Of a stretch of 64,000 bases of DNA, positions 43,439 to 52,587 are shown piece by piece. Under the pieces are notes generated by a model. The model worked only from the letters and a program-made list of their open reading frames with translations. It was not told the origin of the DNA and searched no databases. Each line of letters starts with the position of its first letter. The first letter of the stretch is position 1. The position numbers were made by a program, and so were the translations under genes. Source of the DNA: Roseibacillus persicicus (GTDB lineage Bacteria > Verrucomicrobiota > Verrucomicrobiia > Verrucomicrobiales > Akkermansiaceae); assembly GCF_014651675.1 (NCBI RefSeq), contig NZ_BMXI01000002.1:89695-153694 (forward strand), given 5' to 3'.

Positions 43439-45460
43439 ATGAGTGAAAAATTACATCCCTTGTTGGCCTTGCAGCTGAAAAAGACTCTCCCACCGGGGAG
43501 CGGATTGATGAGCGATATTGATGCCGCGAAGTCTTTTCCCAGCGAGCTCTTGCCCGACCTTTTGGCGAAGGTGAACGAGAGCTACTACAGCGCGGAACTG
43601 CAGAACAAGCGCCTGGCCCACGCCTTGCAGTTGAGCACCAATGAAGCCAATGATGCGGTCAAGGATCTCCGTGTTATCGACAAAGAGAGGGAGGTTTCTC
43701 TGGCCTTCATCCATCGTCAGCTCAATGAATTTGCGGAGAGATACCCCGGGGTGATCACGCGCTGTGGCGACGAGGATGATGCTCTGCCGAGCCGTCACCT
43801 CACCGAGAGGTTCCAGCAATTGGTTGATGCCTGGCAATCGCTGGTCACCCAGTTGGAAAAGTCGAAAATGCTCTCCGAAGAACTGCGGGGGCAGGCTGAC
43901 AAGGCGAGTGAGGCAAAATCCAATTTCCTCGCAGTAATGAGCCACGAAATCCGAACGCCCTTGAACGGGGTGATCGGGATGGCGGATTTGATTCTCCAAA
44001 CCAGTCTTACCACCGAGCAGAAAGAGCATGCCGAGACTATTCATTCCTGTGGAAAAACTCTCCTCAGTCTCATCGACGACATCCTGGACTATGCCAAGAT
44101 TGAGTCCGGGAATTTGGAGCTGGAGAAGAAGCCCTTCCTGATTCGCGAAGCGGTGGAGGATTCACTCGAGCTTTTTAAGTACGCGGTCTTGAAGAAGGAT
44201 ATCGAACTCCTCTTCAACCCGACGGACGAGGTGCCGAATGCGGTTTTAGCTGATTTGACTCGTTTTCGCCAAATCATCGCGAACCTTGTGGGCAACGCGG
44301 TCAAGTTCACCAGCACGGGGGAAATCGTGGTCAGCGTGAAACGGAATCAGGACGAAAGTCATCAGGGGCAATGGCTCTTCACCGTGCGGGACACTGGGGT
44401 TGGGATTCCGGCAGATAGCATTCCCCATCTCTTTCAGGTATTCTCGCAGGCGGATAGCTCAGTCTCGCGCAAATTTGGCGGCACCGGCTTGGGCTTGGCC
44501 ATCACCCGTCGCCTCGTTCATGCGATGGGGGGCGAGATTTGGGTCGAGAGTGTCGCAGGGCAGGGGACGTCCTTTTTCTTCACCATCGACCTGCCCGCCA
44601 GCGAGGCTGAGATTCAGCCCGAGCGGCCGAGTCCGGTGCTGTCGTCCCTGACGGGAAAGCGAGTTCTGGTTGTCGATGACAATGCCACCAACCTCAGCAT
44701 CCTTCGCAATACCTTGAGCGCCTGGCATGCGGAGGTGACCTGCTTCGATGATCCTTCGGCGGCCCTTGGCTGGCTGCGATCCAATCAAGTCCCGGACTTG
44801 ATCATCTCCGATCAATTGATGCCCAAGATGACCGGAATGGAATTGGTGGAGGAAGTCCGCCGAACCCAGTCCGGCCTCATTCCCATCCTCATCCTAACCT
44901 CGGTCTTGCCACCCAAACATTCGCACAAGCGCTTGATGGTGGCGACCAAACCCATCAAGGCCTCCGAGCTGTCGCAAATCATTGCCGGCCTCTTGGAAGA
45001 AAAGCGCGAGCACTCGCCCCAGCAGGCAACCGTCCAGCGCTTCGTGAACTTTCCCGCTTCTGTTTTGGTGGCGGAGGACAATCCCATCAACCAGCGTCTC
45101 GTGGATCTGATTCTCAAATCGATGGGGATTCGCGCGGCCTTCGTCGAGGATGGAACGGCGGCAGTCGATTACGTGAAGGAGCATCGACCCGACATCATTC
45201 TCATGGATGTGCGCATGCCGCAGATGGATGGTTACGAAGCCACGGAAGCCATCCGCCAGCTCACCACCATTGGAGAGCAACCCGCAATCATGGGTCTAAC
45301 AGCCAACGCTCTTTCCGATGAACGCAAGAAGGCCTTCCAGGTGGGGATGGACGATTACCTGACCAAGCCGGTCAAGGCCTCGATCCTCTCAGAAGCTTTG
45401 CATAAGGCCTGCAGCGCGAAGTACGGTCCCCCGCAAATGGAAACCGTCGTTCGCAATTAG
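43439..45460 (+). CDS. soluble hybrid sensor histidine kinase with two C-terminal receiver domains
   Basis: HisKA H-box AVMSHEIRTPLNGVIGMADL, HATPase_c (VRDTGVGIP, GGTGLGLAI), REC1 (VLVVDDNATN...SDQLMPKMTG) and REC2 (VLVAEDNPIN...LMDVRMPQMDG). No TM. Confidence 0.85.
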   Translation: MSEKLHPLLALQLKKTLPPGSGLMSDIDAAKSFPSELLPDLLAKVNESYYSAELQNKRLAHALQLSTNEANDAVKDLRVIDKEREVSLAFIHRQLNEFAERYPGVITRCGDEDDALPSRHLTERFQQLVDAWQSLVTQLEKSKMLSEELRGQADKASEAKSNFLAVMSHEIRTPLNGVIGMADLILQTSLTTEQKEHAETIHSCGKTLLSLIDDILDYAKIESGNLELEKKPFLIREAVEDSLELFKYAVLKKDIELLFNPTDEVPNAVLADLTRFRQIIANLVGNAVKFTSTGEIVVSVKRNQDESHQGQWLFTVRDTGVGIPADSIPHLFQVFSQADSSVSRKFGGTGLGLAITRRLVHAMGGEIWVESVAGQGTSFFFTIDLPASEAEIQPERPSPVLSSLTGKRVLVVDDNATNLSILRNTLSAWHAEVTCFDDPSAALGWLRSNQVPDLIISDQLMPKMTGMELVEEVRRTQSGLIPILILTSVLPPKHSHKRLMVATKPIKASELSQIIAGLLEEKREHSPQQATVQRFVNFPASVLVAEDNPINQRLVDLILKSMGIRAAFVEDGTAAVDYVKEHRPDIILMDVRMPQMDGYEATEAIRQLTTIGEQPAIMGLTANALSDERKKAFQVGMDDYLTKPVKASILSEALHKACSAKYGPPQMETVVRN

Positions 45461-45540
45461 GCGAAGTGGATTGGTGGCGTGGGGTTCGATGATTCTTTCC
45501 CTGTCTTTCCCCAGTCTTTCGCGGGCGATTCCGCAGGCCA

Positions 45541-46674
45541 CTACTCCTTGTCTGCTTCCTCAGCCGAGCGCTTGATCTCGGACTTCGCCTTCAGGAGACG
45601 CTCGGGCCACTCGAAGGTGGGGGCGGTGGAGGGATCGTAGCCTTCCAGGTGACCGGTCAACCGGGTGGTGGGCTTGGTGTAGGTCAGCTCGGTATCGCGA
45701 AAGACTTCGCGGCAAAACTCTGCCAGCACGGGATCGTATTCGATGAGTTCCTCGCGGGTATTGACGTGGTTGTGGTCGTGGTCGTCCTCGCGGTTGTTGC
45801 CGAACCAAGACTGCACTCCCTCCGCGAAGTATTCGAAGCGGTTGGTGGCGGCGTACTTATTTTTCCAAAGACCCTTCTTCATTGCATCCTGATAGGCGGC
45901 CTCCAGCCGGTCATCGAAGGTCGGGTCCACATTCACCATTCCGCGCAGGTGAATATTGTGCGCGAATTCGTGGATAAGAATGTTCTCCGAGGCATAAGGA
46001 TCGCCCTCGAAGCAGAGCAGGTTTTCCTCTCCGCAGGAGCAGAACGGGTCCTCCACGCTGCCCCCTAGACCACGTGCACGGGCATCCCAAAAGTCCTTCG
46101 CCGCGACCCCGGCCATGGGGCTTTCGTAATTGCCAAGGCGGGCGAACTCCGGCAGGTCGGTGGTGAACTCGTCGTGCGCCATCACACACATGCGTGCTCC
46201 GCTTTCAGCCATGGCCTTGGCGACATCGGGGCGCTTGGCCAGCATCCGGGTGACCAGGTAGGCTGCTTCCTTCAGGGCGTAGGGATTGACCTTTGCGGTA
46301 GCCACGATGGGATAGCCCATGGCCTCGACCCGCTGGGTGTAGATGGGGTCCAGGCCATCTTCCTTCTCCGCATCATAGCGAAAGCCCTGCACCGGGACCT
46401 TGCTGGCGACCTTCCGAACCACGCCGCTCTCTTGCCCGACGACCTCGAATTCGTGACCTGCGGTAGTGGTGATAACGGTGTCTTCGCCGGGAGGCAGCTT
46501 GCCATTGGGCACGCGCTCGCCCTCGGGATTCAGCCAGAACAGTGCAATTTCTTCCTTGCTGCCGTTGATGAATTGCAGCTTGGGTCGCTCTTCTTTTTCC
46601 GCCACATCCAGCGCCAGAACTCCGCCCCACCAGAGCAATAATAAACAGGGAATCATCAAAGGCAGCTTCTTCAT
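45541..46674 (-). CDS. secreted zincin-like protein with HExxH...E (gluzincin-type) motif
   Basis: Signal peptide MKKLPLMIPCLLLLWWGGVLA. ILIHEFAHNIH followed by YFAEGVQSWF. Confidence 0.5.
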   Translation of the reverse strand: MKKLPLMIPCLLLLWWGGVLALDVAEKEERPKLQFINGSKEEIALFWLNPEGERVPNGKLPPGEDTVITTTAGHEFEVVGQESGVVRKVASKVPVQGFRYDAEKEDGLDPIYTQRVEAMGYPIVATAKVNPYALKEAAYLVTRMLAKRPDVAKAMAESGARMCVMAHDEFTTDLPEFARLGNYESPMAGVAAKDFWDARARGLGGSVEDPFCSCGEENLLCFEGDPYASENILIHEFAHNIHLRGMVNVDPTFDDRLEAAYQDAMKKGLWKNKYAATNRFEYFAEGVQSWFGNNREDDHDHNHVNTREELIEYDPVLAEFCREVFRDTELTYTKPTTRLTGHLEGYDPSTAPTFEWPERLLKAKSEIKRSAEEADKE

Positions 46675-46834
46675 GGCAGCAGTCTACCTGATTACTTCTG
46701 TGAAATCCTCTAGAAATTCACCTTTTTGAAAGGTTCCTTTGCGGCACCGGGTCCAGCCGAGGGCGGACTGGGACTTGGCGCCGGGTTGTAATCCCAAGTT
46801 GCATCTTTAGCATAAGGCGGCAGCTTAGGGACGA

Positions 46835-47992
46835 ATGGAAGACTGCAGCCAGCCGCCTCCCGCCGATGCGCATGACGATCCCGACTTCGCTTCGCGCGAG
46901 GGCAACGAGCTGCGTCTTCTCATCAATGGCGACGAAATCTTCCCAGCCATGCTGCAGGCCATTCGGGAGGCGCGGCAGTCTGTCAATCTCGAGACCTTTG
47001 TCTACTGGGCCGGGGAGATTGCGGAGGAGTTTGCGCAAAGTCTGGCCGAGGCCGCCCGCCGGGGAGTCGCGGTGCGGGTAGTGCTCGATTGGTTCGGCTC
47101 GCAGGATATGCGATCGGAGCTCATCGAGACCATGGCCGCCGGTGGGGTGGAGGTCCGGCACTTTCGCCCCCTGCAGTGGTTCAATCTCCGGCGTTCCAAT
47201 CGCCGGACACATCGCAAGCTCCTGGTCGTGGATGGCCGCATCGCCTTCACCGGTGGGGTCGGCATTGCGGAGGAGTGGACGGGCGATGCCCAGGACTCCG
47301 ACCACTTTCGCGACAATCATTACGAGGTGCGCGGACCGGTGGTGGCGGATTTGCAGCAGCTCTTTTTTGCTCATTGGGATGTGGACGACGTGCCCTCTTC
47401 TGATGACGAAGCCTACTATCCCGTGCTCGAGAAAGCCGGTTCCGTGAGCTGTCGGGTCATTGCGGCCGAGCCCGATAAAGATTCCAATGAGATCGAAGAA
47501 CTTTACCTCCAACTGCTGCGGAGTGCCCGGCAACGCTTCTGCGCGGTCGCCCCTTATTTCGCCCCCAGCGACCAATTGTTAGATGAGCTGGCGGCCGCAG
47601 CAGAGCGCGGGGTCGAGGTGCAAGTCATCGCCGCCGGCCGGAACAACGACAAGCGCGTGGTGCGCAAAGCCTTTCGCAACGACTGGGGACCTTTGCTCAA
47701 GGCCGGAGTGCGCATTCACGAATATCACCGCACCTTGATTCATGTGAAAATGCTTCTCGTCGACGACCGCAAAGTCCTTGTCGGGTCCGCCAACTTCGAC
47801 GTCCGGTCTCTGTGCATCAACAGCGAAGCCAGCCTCCTGATCGAGGATAGCGACTGGGCCGAAAAGCACGCTCAAGTCTTCGCCGACGACCTCGCCGACT
47901 GCGAAGAAGCCACCCTCGCCGACTGGGAAAACCGATCCTGGTCCACCAAGGCCAAAGACAAGCTCTCCCACCTGCTGCGCGACTTTCTCTAG
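46835..47992 (+). CDS. cls: phospholipase D-family protein with two HKD motifs (cardiolipin synthase ClsB-like)
   Basis: HKD1 HRKLLVVDGRIAFTGGVGIAEEW and HKD2 IHVKMLLVDDRKVLVGSANFDVRS. Confidence 0.8.
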   Translation: MEDCSQPPPADAHDDPDFASREGNELRLLINGDEIFPAMLQAIREARQSVNLETFVYWAGEIAEEFAQSLAEAARRGVAVRVVLDWFGSQDMRSELIETMAAGGVEVRHFRPLQWFNLRRSNRRTHRKLLVVDGRIAFTGGVGIAEEWTGDAQDSDHFRDNHYEVRGPVVADLQQLFFAHWDVDDVPSSDDEAYYPVLEKAGSVSCRVIAAEPDKDSNEIEELYLQLLRSARQRFCAVAPYFAPSDQLLDELAAAAERGVEVQVIAAGRNNDKRVVRKAFRNDWGPLLKAGVRIHEYHRTLIHVKMLLVDDRKVLVGSANFDVRSLCINSEASLLIEDSDWAEKHAQVFADDLADCEEATLADWENRSWSTKAKDKLSHLLRDFL

Positions 47993-48103
47993 GGAAGGCG
48001 GGTTCGCGCGCTTGGGGTATTTTTCGACGCAGAGCCACAGAGTCCCGGAGATTTCGCTGAGTGTTTGAGTAGTGTGCGGAGAGCGTCGGTAGGGAAGTCT
48101 TTC

Positions 48104-48148
48104 GGAGCGCGGGACTTCAGCCCGCCCCACCGAACCGTCCCGAGTCAA
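48104..48148 (+). repeat. REP-B family repeat, copy 1 (between cls and vsr)
   Basis: ggagcgcgggacttcagcccgccccaccgaaccgtcccgagtcaa, with hairpin core gcggg-acttcag-cccgc. Confidence 0.75.
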
Positions 48149-48274
48149 GACCGCAGAGCGGCCCGCGCCGCCCGATGGGGATAAAGATTCTCACCTCCCC
48201 GTCACTCAGGCAGCGCCAGTGACCCCCAGCGGCCAGTATTTGGTCCTTTCGTTTTTCGTGCTACATTCGCCGCC

Positions 48275-48787
48275 ATGGCCGACCTCTGGGATGCGGAAAA
48301 GCGCAGCTGGGTGATGTCGCGCATTCGGTCGCGCGACACCAAGCCCGAGATTGTGGTGCGCTCGATTCTCCATCGCCTCGGTTACCGCTTCACCATCAAC
48401 GGGCCACTCAACAAGAGCCTCCCCGGAAAGCCCGATATCGTTCTCCCCAAGTGGAAAACCGTGGTCCTCGTGCATGGCTGCTTCTGGCATGCGCATGAGG
48501 GCTGCAAAGACTTCCGCATTCCCAAGACCCGGAGTGAGTGGTGGGCGGAGAAGCTGGCAAAGAACAAAGCCCGAGATGCCAAGGTGAAGCGCCAGCTGCG
48601 CGAAGCCGGTTGGCAGGTCATCACCGTCTGGGCATGCGAGATGAAGACCGTGGAAAAGCTCGCAGCCCTCGTCATCCGCCTCGGCACTGAGATGGCATCT
48701 ACGGAAAAGAAGAGTAGCTATCGCCTCCCCGCCGAAACAGCCACCCGCGTTGCCGAAGAGGTCAAGGGCTACCGAGTGAGCAAATGA
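48275..48787 (+). CDS. vsr: very-short-patch-repair endonuclease Vsr (no adjacent cytosine methyltransferase)
   Basis: 170 aa. PDIVLPKWKTVVLVHGCFWHAHEGC...AGWQVITVWACE matches Vsr (FTHGCFWHHH...GWRVLIVWEC in E. coli). Confidence 0.85.
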   Translation: MADLWDAEKRSWVMSRIRSRDTKPEIVVRSILHRLGYRFTINGPLNKSLPGKPDIVLPKWKTVVLVHGCFWHAHEGCKDFRIPKTRSEWWAEKLAKNKARDAKVKRQLREAGWQVITVWACEMKTVEKLAALVIRLGTEMASTEKKSSYRLPAETATRVAEEVKGYRVSK

Positions 48788-48818
48788 AAACCCTAACTTC
48801 CCAAGCCACCCCCCAACC

Positions 48819-48862
48819 GGAGCGCGGGACTTCAGCCCGCCCCATCGTTCCGTCCCCAGTCA
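48819..48862 (+). repeat. REP-B family repeat, copy 2 (convergent gap vsr / nuclease gene)
   Basis: ggagcgcgggacttcagcccgccccatcgttccgtccccagtcagg. Confidence 0.75.
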
Positions 48863-48874
48863 GGTCGAACAGCT

Positions 48875-49927
48875 CTAGATCCTTCGGAAGGAAATTTCGC
48901 CTTTGCCAAACTTCGCAATCAACTGGCGCATCGTATCTTCGGTGTTTGTGCCCCATTGGTCGCTGAAAGCGTAAGTAACCCCGTTGTGAAAAATAAGGTC
49001 CTCCGGCTTGGTGAACCACCGTCTTGCGTCGAAGGTTTTTCCATCGGGTTGTTGGCTCGCTTCGCTGGCGGCCCGGAGGAAATCCTTTTCGTTCGAGAAC
49101 TCACCCGGCACGGTATAGAACCGGGGTCGACTCATCAGGTCTTGCAGTTCGTCCGGGCTGGACCCTTCTTCCAAGATACAAGAGACAACCTTCAAGATCG
49201 CCCTTCGTTTCACCAAGTTCGAAAACGTTTTCTCACGGTGAGTGACTTCATATTTAAATCTCTCGCGAGAGCTACCCCCGCCGATTTTTTTCTCTAACTT
49301 TTTCTCCCTGATGCGGACCATGTAATCCGCCGCTTCGGGTAAGGGGATGATTTGTTGGATATCAACGAGAACCTCTGCTTCGTTGCGATAGGCTTGCATG
49401 CGCACACAGCTGATATCGAGGCCCTGCTCGTTTAACCAGAGAACGGTAGTCGTGATCTCTTGGTTGAAGTCGGCGGAAACCAGCACGATGCGGGTCTGCT
49501 GTCCAATTTCACCATCAGTTTCGTCAGACCAATCGAGGTGTTGGAGGAGGGTTTTCTCGGCGTCTCCTTCCTTTTGATTCTTATCAAGGTAGTCCTGAAA
49601 GATCTCAACAACACGATCAAAGGTTAGAGCCGAAACCATTGCTGCGTAGCGAACGGCCTGTAGGTCCATATGTCCGCCATCCGTGGTTCTCTTGAGCTCG
49701 ATTACGACCAGATTGCCGGTCTTATCGATACCCAACAGATCGATTCGGCGCCGACTATCTTCCCATTCGGAAAATTCCTCCGCGATAATTAGGGTGTCGG
49801 GCGAAACTGCTTGGATCTGTTCCTTGATGACCTGCTGCAAGTTCTCCCGCTCAAGAATACCGAGCTTCGAAAACGTGGCTTGCGGGAGCGGGGAGAGAGC
49901 GGTTTTAGAAAGTTTATAAATCGGCAT
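48875..49927 (-). CDS. PD-(D/E)xK-superfamily nuclease-like protein (N-terminal nuclease core, C-terminal ~200-aa domain of unknown function)
   Basis: RIDLLGIDKTGNLVVIELKR (D...ExK) followed by QAVRYAAM (QxxxY, RecB/Cas4-like motif). The GC is visibly lower than its surroundings. Confidence 0.6.
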   Translation of the reverse strand: MPIYKLSKTALSPLPQATFSKLGILERENLQQVIKEQIQAVSPDTLIIAEEFSEWEDSRRRIDLLGIDKTGNLVVIELKRTTDGGHMDLQAVRYAAMVSALTFDRVVEIFQDYLDKNQKEGDAEKTLLQHLDWSDETDGEIGQQTRIVLVSADFNQEITTTVLWLNEQGLDISCVRMQAYRNEAEVLVDIQQIIPLPEAADYMVRIREKKLEKKIGGGSSRERFKYEVTHREKTFSNLVKRRAILKVVSCILEEGSSPDELQDLMSRPRFYTVPGEFSNEKDFLRAASEASQQPDGKTFDARRWFTKPEDLIFHNGVTYAFSDQWGTNTEDTMRQLIAKFGKGEISFRRI

Positions 49928-50028
49928 GGATAGATGGGAGAATTAGTATCTGGCCAAAGTCCCTCGGGAAAGGGCGAACTCTGAGAACTGAGTTGCCGTG
50001 GAATCGTGGACCAAGGTTCTATAGGGTC

Positions 50029-50166
50029 GACCTCTGGGATGCGGAAAAGCGCAGTTGGGTGATGTCGCGTATTTTGTTCTTCGGCACCATGCCCGGGATT
50101 GCGTCCCACTTCGTGCGGCTCTCCAACTCTGCCAAGCGGGTTGGCTTTCCCCAATATTCATCATGA
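50029..50166 (+). pseudogene. truncated, diverged 5' fragment of a second vsr copy
   Basis: The first ~90 nt are near-identical to vsr codons 2-16 (DLWDAEKRSWVMSRI), then diverge (LFFGTMPGIASHF vs RSRDTKPEIVVRS). Stop after 45 codons. Confidence 0.6.
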
Positions 50167-50365
50167 GCCTCACAACAAAGAAGAACGTAAACCATTCCCC
50201 ATACGCGACCTCGACTCCACGCGAGGACGCAACACCGTTGGCGTTGGGGAATGCGAGAGGACGAACGACCCGGGGTAGGCCTCGCGCTGCTCCGCCAACC
50301 CCGGGCTGAAAGACGTAAGCCCGTTGGGCTAGAAGAAGAAAACCATCGTGCTGGGGCACCCCAAT

Positions 50366-50410
50366 GGAGCGCGGGACTTCAGCCCGCCCCGTCGTTCCGT
50401 CCCGGTAAAG
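50366..50410 (+). repeat. REP-B family repeat, copy 3
   Basis: ggagcgcgggacttcagcccgccccgtcgttccgtcccggtaaag. Confidence 0.75.
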
Positions 50411-50627
50411 ACCCCAGGGCAACCTGTGCCGCCCAATAAGGATAAAGCTCCTTATCCGAAAGCTCCCCGGCCACCGCCCTCCGAAAAGCTTCCGCCACCA
50501 AACACCGCCACCCACTTGGCCACCCATCTTCGTCGTAATCGGATTCATCGGGATGGAGATCGGGTGCGATGAAAAAGAGACGACCAGCCGTTGAGGAAGA
50601 TAAGTCTTCCCAAATCGAGGAATTAAA

Positions 50628-51122
50628 TTAGCCGTTCCCAAGATGACTCCGAATATTCTCAGCCAGTTGGGCTTCGTCGTAACTTTGAACTACTTTAATA
50701 TGCAGGAGAGAAAGGTCAGCCGCTGCAAAAACTTGATCAACGAACGCGTCTCGTTCGATCCGTTTTTTTCGGTTATGAGATGAATCGTCGAGTTCGATCG
50801 CGAGAGCTGGTTGCATGGACGTGCTTTCGCAGATCACAAAGTCGACGTGCTTCCGGTCAATCCTGTTTCGGGCACCTTTGTTCACATTTGGACGAGGGAC
50901 ATAGAAAAGGTCGGCTAGATTAACTTTGGTGATCAGTGTGAAGCCTTCGGGGATGAGGCGCTTCAGAATATGATAAAAACGAAGTTCACCTGCGGAGAGG
51001 AAGTTATCTTGTTTGGCGTAAGGAAAAAGGTTGGGAGGTTGTGGCTGTTCAAAGGATTTTCCCCAATTTAGGAAGACGCCGAGACAGCCTGCATTGTTAC
51101 TTTTTGAGGGCATGATTCGCAA
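50628..51122 (-). CDS. DUF2726-like nuclease-fold protein
   Basis: 164 aa. LSAGELRFYHILKRLIPEGFTLITKVNLADLF...KHVDFVICE...ALAIELDDSSH resembles the DUF2726 / PD-(D/E)xK-like pattern. Low GC. Confidence 0.55.
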   Translation of the reverse strand: MRIMPSKSNNAGCLGVFLNWGKSFEQPQPPNLFPYAKQDNFLSAGELRFYHILKRLIPEGFTLITKVNLADLFYVPRPNVNKGARNRIDRKHVDFVICESTSMQPALAIELDDSSHNRKKRIERDAFVDQVFAAADLSLLHIKVVQSYDEAQLAENIRSHLGNG

Positions 51123-51134
51123 TCTGCTCAGATT

Positions 51135-51857
51135 CTAGCTAACGAACAAGTTCAGCCGATGCCATTCGAGGGCTTCATAGGAGGGCAGGTTCTTTTCAGG
51201 GAGGGCGAGGGGTTTGCCTACTCTCGAGAGAAAAATAGTTTCGAGTTCTTCATTAGGGAGCTGTTTGGCTATTCGTGATGCAACTAGTAAGCGGTAGTGG
51301 TCATCGAACGAGATAAGACCTCGGTCGAAAGCTGCATCAAAGGTTGCCGAAAGACAAAGTCCGTTTGTAGGTTTGAGACGGAGTTCTTCGGACTGTGACC
51401 ACGGAACGATATGGGATGCTCGCAGCAATTCGGGCAGGGGGTTCCCAGTAATGCAGCAAAGGTACTGATAGGTTTCTAAAACCGTTCGGCGAAAGAAGGA
51501 TTGGTGGCGGCGTGTCTTGGTAAGCGAAAGACCTTCGCTCGGGCCATTGGGTTCCACCGCATCAGGCTCTAACAGTGGCTCGGACTCTTCGGCGAGTGCA
51601 GGGAGGTTGTTCTCGAATTCATCCCAAATCTCACGGTCCAATTTGCTGGCCCCTGAGAGCCCTTTTATGCCACGAGCCTTTTCAATCGGATCTAACGAAG
51701 TGAGATTGTTGAGTTTCATGGAAACCGATCCTGGTGTCCGGCCTAGTTTCTCAGCCAACTTCACAATGGGAGGGTAAGTGCTATGCTGCTTTCCGAAAGG
51801 AGTTCGATGATACAAGTTTAATGCTTGGAGAAGTTCGTTTCGCGTCCAGCGGGCCAT
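51135..51857 (-). CDS. HNH endonuclease-family protein (HNH_2-like, restriction-endonuclease-like) with N-terminal helical/wH domain
   Basis: C-terminal ASHIVPWSQ...NGLCLSATFDAAFDRGLISFDD HNH-type core. 240 aa. Low GC. Confidence 0.6.
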   Translation of the reverse strand: MARWTRNELLQALNLYHRTPFGKQHSTYPPIVKLAEKLGRTPGSVSMKLNNLTSLDPIEKARGIKGLSGASKLDREIWDEFENNLPALAEESEPLLEPDAVEPNGPSEGLSLTKTRRHQSFFRRTVLETYQYLCCITGNPLPELLRASHIVPWSQSEELRLKPTNGLCLSATFDAAFDRGLISFDDHYRLLVASRIAKQLPNEELETIFLSRVGKPLALPEKNLPSYEALEWHRLNLFVS

Positions 51858-51937
51858 AATTATCTTTTAGAAGAGGTCAGGGTGATTGTCGAGATGAAGG
51901 CTTGGTTTGCCTTTAGGCGAAAGGGGTAGGTCGTAGC

Positions 51938-52207
51938 TCAAGATTGTGCATGATATTGCCTTTCGATGAGAGAAAGGATTCGGGCGTAATTGTCGGCAAC
52001 CCATTGCGCTTCTTGGGCGTTGGAGCCTTCTTTCAGGTGGGCGGGGAACTCAGATACTTTTCCGGAATGCCAGTCGGCAGTTTGTTGCCATTCCTCTTGT
52101 CGGCAGGAAAGGCCTTCGATCACTTGCCCGAGGTCGAGTCGGGTGAACTCGATGAGGAATTTTTGGTCTAGAGGATTGTTTGTGCTGGTGTCTTCGATTT
52201 TATCCAC
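51938..52207 (-). CDS. hypothetical small protein (GTG start)
   Basis: 89 aa, co-directional with the HNH and DUF2726 genes. No motif. Confidence 0.35.
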   Translation of the reverse strand: MDKIEDTSTNNPLDQKFLIEFTRLDLGQVIEGLSCRQEEWQQTADWHSGKVSEFPAHLKEGSNAQEAQWVADNYARILSLIERQYHAQS

Positions 52208-52408
52208 GGTCGGAATCTTGTGGGTATCGGGTGGGGTGGTCTACGGACTATAAGTAGCAATTGGTTTGGGAATCCGATGGCATACTGAGCTAGGATTCGC
52301 TCGCGGTAGAGAGGGGCGCGAGGTCGCGACAACTCGCTCGCGTTCTGTAGGCGTTGCGGTGAGGGGCGGAATGACCATGAGGGCAACCTGCGGGAGGTGG
52401 GCGAGAGC

Positions 52409-52587
52409 TTTGGTTTTTGGAGTTTGGTTTTTCTGCGGTTCGCGGGGACGGGTTTGGGCTGCGGGTGGCAGACTCGCGGTGTGGGGAGGACGGGGCTTTG
52501 GGGCGGGTGGGGGCACCCTCGGTCCGTGGTGGGAGGATGCAGTGGTTCGGCTTTGGTTTTTGAGTTTTTGGAGTTTGGTTTTTGGCG
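52409..52587 (+). repeat. direct repeats of tttggtttttggagtttggttttt flanking a G-tract-rich segment, island border upstream of murI
   Basis: The motif occurs at ~52409-52433 and ~52551-52587. Between them runs of GGGG/GGG on the plus strand (gcggggacgggtttgggctgcgggtgg...ggggaggacggggctttggggcgggtggggg). Confidence 0.6.

Noticed and set aside
49943-50641. 232-aa - strand ORF across the vsr remnant and REP-B copy 3
   Set aside because: It reads through a repeat and a pseudogene fragment antisense and has a Gly/Arg/Trp-rich composition, so it is probably non-coding. I also searched this interval (50170-50365) for tRNA/tmRNA/RNase P-like structure and found nothing convincing.
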